This document shows, piece by piece, positions 38,401-49,220 of a stretch of DNA of 64,000 bases; position 1 is the stretch's first letter, and every line of letters begins with the position of its first letter. The stretch covers positions 186,001 to 250,000 of the forward strand of contig CDMY01000531.1 in the NCBI GenBank assembly GCA_001179505.1. Reading direction: 5' to 3'. The notes below the pieces were generated by a model. It did not search any database. It saw nothing but the letters and a program-made list of their open reading frames with translations, and had not been told where the DNA came from. The position numbers and the translations under genes were made by a program. The DNA comes from Vitrella brassicaformis CCMP3155 (Eukaryota; Protista; Chromerida).

Positions 38401-40694
38401 CGTCGCCCGTGAGGTCCGAGTAGTCGTCGCCCATGGTCGCTCCCCCACCCGCTGCCCCCTCTTGCCTCGGTCCGCCCCGCCTGGGCACCCACCGCCTGTC
38501 GGTGTCGAGCGCCTCGTCGACTCTGTCCATCCGCTCGAACCACTCGTACGGCACACACCCGGCATCCACACTCCTCACCGCATCGGCCTGGCTCGACGCG
38601 TAGAAGCCCCTGCTGACGTGACCCACTCTCTGCTTCTCCCTCTCCTCTTCGTCCGCTGTCGCCGCGTCCATCTCTCCTCCAGCTGGCTCGTCCCTATCTG
38701 TCGCCGGCCTCCTGCGTCGCCTCCTGCGCCGTCTGTGGTGGTGGCGGTCGTACTGGTAAGACAGCCCCAGGCCGGCGAGTGAGTCGGGCTGGGCGGTGAG
38801 CATGCCCCCAAACACGGGAATGCCCGAGACGGGCAGCGCCTCGATGACATTGCGGAGGAAGTCAGCGGGAGATGAGGAGGGGGCGGCTGGCCCACTGTGG
38901 GGAGGGGGGCGCTGGGGCGGTGTGGGCGGCTGCAGGTCGTCGGGGGTGAGGTGAAATGCGTCGGGGTAGGTGGAGAGGGCGCGGTAGTCTTTTGTGGTCT
39001 GCGTGAGGAGCGTCCCGCCCTGGACGGCCCTGTGCCGCTCCTTGACCAGGTCCCAGTCCAGCGACGCGATGCCGGGTCGATCGAAGTACCTGCAGGATGC
39101 AAGCGAGATGGGACACAGTGGCCGTCTTGTGTGCATTCCATTCGGCTGACTTGTCCAGTTCGAGCAGCCAGACATCGTTTGATCTGTCCAGGAGTGCTAC
39201 GGCCAGCAGGTCGCCGCTCACGGCCATGTGGGTGAAGTACACGTCGCCAGGTCCCACTGAGACCGAGACCCCAAACACACGACACACACATCGACACACA
39301 CACCGATTGCAGTGAGTGATTCCGTTGCTCCCGCCACTTACCGCATTCAGTGATGGGTATGGCGTGGAAGGCCACCCCGAGCGTCCTCCAGATGAGCAGG
39401 TGCTGACATGGTGGAGGGGTCAGGGCGAACAGCCAGTGCTGCCTCGCCGCGACGTCCACGAATGTCGTGTGCTGTGTCGGTGGGGGCGGCGTGGGCCGTT
39501 GGAGGAAGAAGCGCCGACGCAGCCACAGGCTGACACACAGAGACAGACACGGTGAAGCACATGCGTTTCTGCTGCGGCACTCACTCTCTCACCCATCGTA
39601 GTCGACGGTGAGATGCATGGCGAGGACGTCATCAACCAACAGCAGCAAAGAACTGACCGGCCAGACACACACAGACAGTGAGCAACGGCGCCATGTGTTG
39701 TTCTCCCACCCAACCCCTACTCGGGCTGTCCGCAGCATAGCCTGATCTTGGACTCTTCTGTCGGCTTCCACTGCACACCGATGACGTCGTCACCCTCCTC
39801 ATCGCCCCCGTCACCATGCTCGTACTCGTGCTCATGCTCGCCACCACCCCTCTCACACGGGCTGCCGCCCTCGGACTCAGCACTGCCCGCAATGCCCTGC
39901 AGGCGGCAGGCAGAACGAAGATGATCCAATGTGGGCTGGTCTGTGTGTTGGTATGTTGGTTCATTTCTGACCTCGGTCAGCAGGCTGAGCAGCGCCTGGA
40001 CGTCCACAGTGACTCGCAGCAGAGTGTTGGGGTGGAGGCTGCCAAGCTGAGGCCACCCAACTACTGCACAATTCGGCCCCTCGCTCAGCGAGCAGCTCAA
40101 TCTACACGCATAACAGATGCACACACACACACAGACAAATGACCGTCAGTGCGTGTCTGCGTGGACGACTGATCAATCCATCTCGCTCATGCACCCTTGG
40201 TTGGCGTCACTGCTGATGACATTCAGGTTTGGCTGCGTGACCTCCACCAAATGGACAAACGACAAGACGCCACCCTCCCGCAACACAACCTGCACACACA
40301 CAAAACAAGCGCCATGTGTGTGAATGAGTCCATCGATGTCTGCTCTCCCTCTCCTCACCAGGCATGGCCCTCCGGGCAGCTTCCGCAGCGCCTGTTTGTC
40401 GAGCTCCACATCCACCTTGCCAGGCACCTGCAGCCACACCCCTGCCGTCCATCCACTCTCAAGCGCCCCGCTCACATAGAACCCGCCACTGCCACCCAAA
40501 GCAGCGGCCGCAGTGCTCTCGCTGCCATCATCATCCTGGAGCCGGCAGCCGTATCCCTCGACGGTGCCGTCTTGGTGTATGAGTGCCAGGATGGATCTGT
40601 CGTGCGATAGGGCGATGGTGCGGTAGGAGGGGAGGGACAGGGGACGGCTGAACCGACGCACACACACCAGCGGCACCGGCGATGAGTGCTCCAT
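26909..40694 (-). CDS. SPG11: Spatacsin (SPG11) homologue, about 14 kb, many exons
   Basis: VVIREALLTGRVSSAL; FMFVAVHMLRNVG...FFKAVAFHTSKRLVRRRL...LESEYP; Spatacsin_C-like LPLDCEVELLILAY...LLLRLLAAVPEYPSMQHMLQQIV; terminal VAGRLGDAFADLCALD*. These segments resemble plant and animal spatacsin as I recall them. Confidence 0.85.
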
Positions 40695-41000
40695 CGATAG
40701 ATAGAGATGGATGGATCAGTCAGTCACTCAGGCGGGCTGCTGATGGATGCAGTGATGGAAGGCCACGGAGGCCAGATGCGATGAATCAAGCGGGAGATTG
40801 GTCAGATCTGCAACATCTTCATGCTCCACACGCATGCAATGGAGCTGACAAGACCATCTTGTTCCGATTTCTTTCTCTCCTGCGTCTGCGAGCTTAGCTG
40901 CGACGGAAAGATCTGCACAGCTGAGCTACGTTTGGAGCCCATCACTCGTTCCCGGGCGCATTCACCGACTCAGCAGCATCGATTGCGCCGCAAATTGATA

Positions 41001-42038
41001 ATGGAGGAGCTGCAGAAGCGAGTCGAGCAGCTCGAGGGTCAGCTTGCGGAGCTGTCCCTTCCAGATGCCGCCTCATCGAGCGCCTACACCGACGTGGCCG
41101 AGCGGGAGATCCGCATGCGGGCCGAACAACACATGAGGACACAGGCTCGTCTGGTGGAGATGCTCACAAAGCAGCTGGAGCAGTCAAAGAAGCGCAACAG
41201 GCGGCTTGAGGCGGAGTTGGCCGAGCTGCGTGCAGCGAGTGACTGTCAGCCCGTCGATCTCATTCTCGATGACGGCACAAGATATCAGGGGCGTGTCAAG
41301 AACGGCCTGCCACACGGCCCTGGCAAGCAGGCCGACATGGACGGCCAGAAGAAGATCTACGAGGGGCAGTGGGTGGGCGGCAAAGGTGACGGCGTCGGGG
41401 TGTGCTATCATGATGACGGCAAGACCAAGAAGTACGACGGCCAGTGGACGGCCGGCAAGTGCCACGGTCAGGGCGTCAGCTACCATCAGAATGGCCAGAT
41501 GGAGTATCAGGGCGGCTGGCGGGCGGGGCAGATGGTCGGCGAGGGGAGAACCGACAAGATGCCTTTCGGGGACGGCAAGACTTACACCGGCCCCCTGCAC
41601 AATGGAAAGCCACACGGCGAGGGGACAGCGACATGGCAGAACGGCGGCACGTCCACAGGCACATGGGAGCATGGGCAGATGGTCGGCGAGGGGAGAGCCG
41701 ACAAGATGCCCTTGGGGGACGGCACCACCTACAGTGGACCTCTGCTCGACGGGAAGCCACACGGCCAGGGTACCTCCTATCACGATAATGGCAAGAATAG
41801 GTACGAGGGGCAGTGGGAGAATGGGCTGCGGCACGGCAACGGCAAGGCCTACGGTCGTTCATGGACCTGGGTGGTATTCGAGGGACACTTCGCAAGCGGG
41901 ACGGCGCAAGATGGGACATTCTACCCCACCTTTACGTATCAGCAGCAGTGGCGGGCTGGTCAGACAGTCGCATCAAAAGTCAAGAAGGAGCTGCAAAAGG
42001 ACTGTGGGAGGATCCCTGACTGCTTGCCCAATGCATGA
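41001..42038 (+). CDS. Coiled-coil + MORN-repeat protein, intronless
   Basis: MEELQKRVEQLEGQL coiled coil, about 10 MORN units including an internal duplicated GQMVGEGRxDKMPxGDG block, and the WRAG tail. An in-frame upstream ATG exists at 40821. Confidence 0.9.
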   Translation: MEELQKRVEQLEGQLAELSLPDAASSSAYTDVAEREIRMRAEQHMRTQARLVEMLTKQLEQSKKRNRRLEAELAELRAASDCQPVDLILDDGTRYQGRVKNGLPHGPGKQADMDGQKKIYEGQWVGGKGDGVGVCYHDDGKTKKYDGQWTAGKCHGQGVSYHQNGQMEYQGGWRAGQMVGEGRTDKMPFGDGKTYTGPLHNGKPHGEGTATWQNGGTSTGTWEHGQMVGEGRADKMPLGDGTTYSGPLLDGKPHGQGTSYHDNGKNRYEGQWENGLRHGNGKAYGRSWTWVVFEGHFASGTAQDGTFYPTFTYQQQWRAGQTVASKVKKELQKDCGRIPDCLPNA

Positions 42039-42849
42039 CGGGAGGAAGGGCGGGGACGCTGCTGTATGTGTGTGTGTGCCTTTGCGTGTCTGATTGGTCC
42101 TGCTGACGATCTGCACTGTGATCCACTCAAAGCATGTTGGGTTGTGAAGGCCTCATTTCTATCGATTGGTAGTCGATTGTGTTGCCTGTGATGTTAGGAC
42201 GAACAGATGAATGGAACGTTGTTGTCAAAGAGTCAAAGTTCGTTTACGTGGGTCTGTCATTCTGTCAGCCTGTCTGCCACACACTTGATGCAATTGCTGC
42301 ATCCGGTCTGTCCCAGCATGCACCATGAGAAACCCCCACACATACAGCCAAAATCCATAACACGGATCAGCTGCATGGCTAGAGACACCTACACCTACAG
42401 ACACATGGGGACTTGTGATATGGTGACGCGATGGTGCATCCGTGTCGAAGTGTGTGTGGTGGCCTTACCGATATCAACATGGTAGAGAGGACGGCCGATG
42501 TGGTGCGGGATACAGGAGTCGACGAATATAAAATGGAGACAGCGATGGTCTACACACCTGCAGCAAAGAGACATGGCCGCAAACCCTGTCACGGCTGTAC
42601 CCGCTAGTTTGGCCCAATTCGCCCACTTGCCGTGAGAAAACGAGCATCTGCTCTGCTCAGAAGCAGTCCCTTTCCCGGCAGCTTTTTCTTGTATCCCCTC
42701 ACTGCTCGCTCTGCTCGTTGTAGACCATGTCCACAGTCGGTCCTGCATTTCCTGAGGACCTCCGTCGACGTAGGCCTGTGTTGGTCTCCAAAACCCTGAC
42801 GTGGCATGGTAATGCATCGCTGCTCGTCGGATCCACTGTTCACTGTGTG

Positions 42850-44345
42850 TGTGATGTCCGTAGCTAATATATCCGTACCTTGACTTGCACGGGTATGCAG
42901 ATATCGTCCTCGCCGCCCACACACAGGCCGCCTGGAAGGAACAGACCAACATACACACATCACACACAACAGAAATGTACACAAACACACAAGATGGTGG
43001 GTGCACTGGGTTCCTCTGTGTCTGCCTGCGTACAGCGATTGTCTTGGGGTCGTATTTGCAGAGATCAAACTCAGTCAAGGCCAGCTCCAGTCACTCGCCA
43101 GCCGCCATCTGCTGCTGGCGAGTAGGTCTCCACGAGGTCTGCCGCCGTCGGGCACTGCTGCGCGGCGTCCTCGCCAACAACACTGCACTCGACACACAGA
43201 CACACCACACACATCCCCTCCCTCCCATGAATGACACGGTGCACCCATCCATCTCCTTAATTGCCAATCAATATCGTTCATGGTGGCCATGACCTGGTCC
43301 ATGCTCATGAACAGCCTGCGGGGGGTGTTGTTGTTCATGCGGTCTCTCACCCAGCCGGCCCAGTCGCGTTTCTTGTAGTCATAGTCATCGGCGTTGATGG
43401 TGTAGTGGGCGAGAATGAGGGACACGTACGCCACCTGATCGATCGGTCAATTGCACGCACTCAGGCGTATGTGGGTGGTTGAGAGTGAGCTGTCGATCGA
43501 ACTGACCACCGAGAGGGGCGGCTGGTCCGTGACGGGCAGGTGCTCGTCGCCTGAGAGACGGAAGACACAGGGCCACGTGTGTGGTGTGTATCCATGTCTC
43601 TCTCCCCCCTCGCCCCCGTCTGCCTTTCTGTGTGTGTGTCTGCTCACATCTGTAGGTGAACTGGTCCATAATGTTCGTCGCCAGGCAGAGGTACTTGTCG
43701 TCGAGGCGCATGACGTTGGCGGCGTCGAGCAGCCTCTCGACAGGGCATTCCACCACTCCGAGCGACTCGACAGATACTGGCGCGGCAGCACAAACGCCTA
43801 AGGGCACACGTCACACCACATCACACAGCAGCACAGTTCAGTTGGTTGTGTGTGTTGATGCGCCGGGTGCTATGGCCGTAGGTCAGTGAATGGGATGTCC
43901 GTACCTTGACTTGGGGTATGCAGATTTCCTCGCCGCCCTTCTCGGCAGCCGCCATCTCTTCGTCCAGGGCACGTGGCGCCACCATCTGCTGCTGGGCGGG
44001 CTCAGGCGAGTAGGGTGGTGGCTGGACCAACACACACACACACACATACACACACGTGTGTAGTATGCAGATTGGCGGACTGTCTGGCAAAACCGGCTGA
44101 CCTCGCATGGCGAAACCGGGCAGACTTTCTTGTTGTGCTTTTGCTGCTGCGACTGCTCTGGTGGCGTCTTGTGCCCGTAGGTGGCGGTGCCCAGGTGAAA
44201 GCGGCCAGCCGTAGCCCAACGCTCAACGAAACTCGCCTGACAGGTGCAACAAAACGTCATATGTGGGTGTGGTGGGGTGTTCTTCTCCTCGCCCGTGTGT
44301 GAGTCTGTGTGTGTATGGGCGATGACTCGCGGGCTCACCATTTGA
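42850..44345 (-). pseudogene. Degenerate cyclin-like gene copy
   Basis: Exons ASFVERW..., PEPAQQQ...IPQVK, VERLLDAANVMRLDDKYLCLATNIMDQFTY, VAYVSLILAHY, TAADLVE, ELALTEFDLCKYDPK and AACVWAAR. A frameshifting deletion near 43745 (relative to the 48.3-kb copy) and an exon fusion with an in-frame stop near 43090 disrupt it. Confidence 0.7.
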
Positions 44346-44889
44346 AGTCCTTGATGTAATCATGCGTGTTCGTATGGTCGTCAAGAGCCTTCAAAATATA
44401 AAATGTAGGCACCGATGTCTAATAAGGACCTGACCGATAGGAGACACGCAACAGCAGACACGGAGAGACAGCCTAAATTGGCTCATCAAGCTATGCTGTG
44501 TCTCTCATGTCGTACCTCCGGCACCGAGTCGCTAACGCATGTGCGGCAGGCGTCGCCCGATGTGGGTTGTAAAACGACGGCGACGGCTGCACAGAGAGAG
44601 ACATCCGCACCTGCCTGCATGGTGTCTGTCGGCTTCATGTGACCACTTCTGTGTCCGTCCGATCAATCGATCCATCCATCCATCCATCTCGTTGTCGCGG
44701 CGCTGCGGGTCCCCTCTGGCGGCCGACTTCATGATGACGGCGTGGCGTGTGGTGGCGACGCCGCCCTCGGTGATGTGGAGTCGCCCCTCCAGCACACGAA
44801 GGGAAAACCTGCAGACACATGAGCGACACGTGGCATGGTGATGCATCGCTGGTCGTCGGATCCACTTATGAGTTGTTGTCTTACCAATG

Positions 44890-45607
44890 TGTTCACTGAC
44901 AGGCGAAGCGATACTTCCCCCACTGGAAACGATCTGCCGTTGACGACCTCCTCAGACAGGCAGTCATGATACTCTGCACATACAGGCACAGAAAGACAGT
45001 TCGGCTGGCCCGCGTACGGGAATATGGTCTCTCTGTGTGTATGCACCGAGACACACATGCGCGCACACACACAGAGAGAGAGAGAAGGGGCGAAAGTATG
45101 TATCCTTCTCGGCCGGCAAGTGTTGGATGTGTTTGCTCACTTCGCGTAGTACGGTCCTCCTCGATTGAACGCTCTGATGATCTTGTGAAGGCGCACGTGG
45201 TTGGCCATGCGCTCCACCTGCACACACACACACCACAAGACCAGACCAACGGGTTCGCCTGTCTGTCTGTGTTTGGCTCGAGATGTCCCTCCCCGACACA
45301 CCGCGGCACTGAACGCGCTCTCGTCCAGGATTTCGCCGTCCTCCCCGAGATACTGACTCACCCGAGATACTGACTCAGCCGATATAGCTGTGCCTGCACA
45401 CGCAATTAACAGAGGCACGCACACACACAGCGGCTTGTTGGTTGTTGCATCCATTCCACGTGCAGTCGGTGGCCTTACCGATAGAGTGTTTTATCGAGTC
45501 GCGAATCTATACAGACCCCATTTGTACCGCTTGGCGCCCGACCACCACTGGAGGCACGCCCGCATGGTGCTCTGCACACAGACATGCAGCACCACGGCAC
45601 ACGCATC
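44890..45607 (-). pseudogene. Scattered cyclin terminal-exon copies and duplicated exons
   Basis: SIMTACLRRSSTADRFQWGKYRF (about 44900-44980) and STMRACLQWWSGAKRYKWGLYRF (about 45500-45575). Also 45061-45344 matches 46122-46405, and 45421-45607 matches 49151-49337. Confidence 0.65.
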
Positions 45608-45969
45608 TATCAATGGAGCACTCATCGCGTGTGCCGCTGATCAGACGCTGCAATCATCCAAGGTCACGGACGCCAGATGCGATGAATCAAGCGGCAGATG
45701 GGTCAGATATCCATCATCCAGCCATGCTCCGCCTTTGCAACAGAGCCGACCGCCTGTCCACACACAGGCTGAAAATGAAATCAGGGGGGCGGCAATTATG
45801 ACCAATGGGGATGTGTTCATTTAGGAAATCGCAGAGTCAGACAGAAAGCATACAACAAATGCACTGACACTGTACACGCAGGCCTGTCTTTCATCAGGCA
45901 CCCACCCACTACACTCGTATCAACAACAAGTACACCACAGTCGAAAAAAGAACCTCCCACCCCCATCTA

Positions 45970-46680
45970 TCAAACTTTCGTCTCAGGTGATTCTTCCCCT
46001 GTCTCCGTGCTCGGTGCGCGGTGGTGTTTCGGCTTGTTGATTTCGGCGAAGTTGAACATTGTCTCGTAGGTGGGCGACTTGGGTAGCGTATCCATGAGCC
46101 TGCGCACATATAGACACACACGCGCACACACACAGAGAGAGAGAGAAGGGGCGAAAGTATGTATCCTTCTCGGCCGGCAAGTGTTGGATGTGTTTGCTCA
46201 CTTCGCGTAGTACGGTCCTCCTCGATTGAACGCTCTGATGATCTTGTGAAGGCGCACGTGGTTGGCCATGCGCTCCACCTGCACACACACACACCACAAG
46301 ACCAGACCAACGGGTTCGCCTGTCTGTCTGTGTTTGGCTCGAGATGTCCCTCCCCGACACACCGCGGCACTGAACGCGCTCTCGTCCAGGATTTCGCCGT
46401 CCTCCTTGAGGTACTGACTCAGCCGATACAGCTGTGCCTGCACACGCAATCAACAGACACACGCACATGTCCCCAGCTGCCTGCCTCTTGGATGCGTGTG
46501 TACGTTGCTCAGCTGAGAGGGGGCAAACATCCAGTCGGGCCAGGTGCTTCTGCCTCGGTACAGCCTCATCAGGCCTATGACGACCTGGTGAAAAGAAAGC
46601 GGCCCTCTCCTCCTTGTCCATCTTCATATCTTGGCTCCGACGGCAACACAAGCGTATCAGCCCTATCACGCCGCCCATAT
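45970..46680 (-). CDS. Hypothetical protein or gene fragment
   Basis: Three exons splice in frame: AQLYRLSQYLKEDGEILDESAFSAA|VERMANHVRLHKIIRAFNRGGPYYAK|LMDTLPKSPTYETMFNFAEINKPK...ETKV*. The possible first exon MGGVIGLIRLCCRR is not securely linked. Confidence 0.35.
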
Positions 46681-46748
46681 TTTGCAGATGATGGCCTCTT
46701 TTTGGAGGAGGAGATCTCTCAGTCCAAGCTCGCAGCAAAGCTCGCGGA

Positions 46749-46880
46749 GCATTCACTGACTCAGGATCGTCGATTGCGCCGCAATTTGATGATGGAGGAG
46801 CTGCAGAAGCGAGTCGAGCAGCTCGAGGGTCAGCTTGCTGACCTTACTCTTCCAGATGGCGCGACCAGCAGTGCCGGTAC
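46749..46880 (+). pseudogene. 5' fragment of the 41001 MORN gene
   Basis: 46749-46838 aligns to 40958-41047; the 47 nt from the ATG are identical (MEELQKRVEQLEGQLA). No MORN units follow. Confidence 0.85.
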
Positions 46881-48745
46881 GCCCTCCTCACTGAGGCCGC
46901 TCAGCTCTCCCAGGCCATCGGTCTACATCACACCCCAAAGACACACACAGACACACCGTCCAACCACGCCCGCATGGTGGCGCCTGCACATAGGGATGCA
47001 TAGCGTGTCAACCTTACCGATATGTGGGGTGTTCAGGGAGAAAAGAAAGAGAAGGGGCCCCACTTCAAGCGTTCTGTCGTTGACCACCGGCGCAAGCACG
47101 ACAGCATGGTGGCCTGCATAGATACAGGGGACATCCGGAGTACATGGTGCCGTCTGCCTCTCTGGCTGATAGATATACGCACCGGGATGTTGTTCCGCTG
47201 GCCGATGGCCATCAGCGGTCTGGCCATGCCCTCTGCGCATGCAGCCACGTCGCCCTCACTGAGGCCGTCTGCCTCTGCAATGCATCCGGCGGAAGGCCGG
47301 CTACACACAGGATACACCGTACACACACACCGTCCTCTCCCGCTCGCCCCATCACTCACCGGCGGAAGGCCGGCTACACACAGGATACACCGTACACACA
47401 CACCGTCCTCTCCCGCCCGCCCCATCACTCACCCAACCATCGAAACAGTCCCCACTGGAATCGCTCCCCGCTCGACCATCGGGCGAGGCAGGCCTTCATG
47501 GTGGGCTGCACACACGTGCACATCGCACACAGACAGACAGACACACAGACAGACAGATGCATCCATGTGCCATGCATGGTGCTGCCTGTTCGGCTGGCGT
47601 GTGTACGGGGATGAGGTCTCGCTGGCCGATGGCCATCAGCAGTCTGGCCATGCCCTTGACACACTGAACAACGTCCTCCTCGCTCAATCGGCTCGCCTCT
47701 CCCAAAGCGTCGGTCTACATTACACCCCACAGACATCGCGAGTGCATGGTGTATATACGCACCGCGATGTGGTTTCGCTGGCCGATGGCCAGCAGCACTT
47801 TTCCGATGTCTTCCGTGCATTCGAACACTTCGTCCTCGTTCAGGCCGCTGGCCTCTGCCAATCCCTCATTCTACATCCACACCACACAAGACGACACACA
47901 CACATCCATCCATGTCTCGCACCCATCCAGCCCAGTCCAGTCGCGTTTGTTGTAGTCATAGTCATCGGCGTCGATCGTGTAGTGGGCGAGAATGAGCGAC
48001 ACGTACGCCACCTGATCGGTCGATTGCACGCACTCAGGTACATGGGGGTGGTTGAGAGTGAGCTGTCGATCGAACTGACCAGCGAGAGGTGCGGCTGGTC
48101 CGTGCCGGGCAGGTACTCGTCGCCTGAATTGATTACAAAGAGAGAGGAGAGAGAAAGGGGCAGCTGTATGGTGTGTCCATGTCGCTTCCCCTCTCTCTCT
48201 CTCCGTGTGTGTGAACTCACTGAGGTAGGTGAACTGGTCCATGATGTCCGTCGCCAGGCAGAGGTACTTGTCGTCGAGGCGCATGACGTTGGCGGCGTCA
48301 AATAACCTCTCGACAGCCATGCCGCGAGTGCCGGCGTTCCACCACTCCGAGCGACTCGACACATACTCGCGCGGCAGCACAAACGCCTAAGGGCACACGT
48401 CACACCACATCACACAGCAGCACAGTTCAGTTGGTTGTGTGTGTTGATGCGCCGGGTGCTATGGCCGTAGGTCAGTGAATGGGATGTCCGTACCTTGACT
48501 TGGGGTATGCAGATTTCCTCGCCGCCCTTCTCGGCAGCCGCCATCTCTTCGTCCAGGGCACGTGGCGCCACCATCTGCTGCTGGGCGGGCTCAGGCGGCA
48601 GAGCAGAAAGCGATTGTGCGAAAGCGATTCTGTCTGGGACTGTCCGTGCGAAAGCGATTCTCGACGATCCGAGCTCGTTTTTTGAGGTTGGGTTTTGGCG
48701 GATTTTGGTAGTGAGAGAGGACGTAGACGAGCTTGGCAGACACAT
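46881..48745 (-). pseudogene. Internally deleted cyclin-like gene with repeated C-terminal exons
   Basis: N-box exon TRGMAVERLFDAANVMRLDDKYLCLATDIMDQF is present, but the TAAD, ELALT and AAA exons are absent. There are four GLxEASGLSEED-type exon copies (one frameshifted, one truncated) and two full plus one truncated TMxACLxRW-type exon copies. Confidence 0.7.
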
Positions 48746-49220
48746 AATGTAGGGGAACACCAGCGGCTGACCAATGGAAATGGATGCGACCAGTTGACAG
48801 CGATGTGTCACATGATGTGTGCGGCGTCTACATCACAGCACATCCGTTGTGCGCTGAATGCCGTCAAGGGTGTGGGTGTGGCTGGGTGGGGTGGGGTGGG
48901 TCGTGGTTTTATCTCTGCGAGTGGATAGCTGGATAACTGACGAATGGATCTTCTAGGCCTAGACTCTTCTCATGCATGATGTGAAGAAGATGTGGCATGC
49001 ATACGGATGGCTGGTCAGCCAAGCATGGAATGTGAGTATCAACGTCAGCAAGACCCCTCTCAGTCAGCTGTGGCCACCGTCGCCCTGCTGCAGACGGAAC
49101 GAATCAACACAGACCAGACACCCGCGACAGGCCGGCAGACACACACACACACACACACAGCGGCTTGTTGGTTGTTGCATCCATTCCACGTGCAGTCGGT
49201 GGCCTTACCGACAGAGTGTT

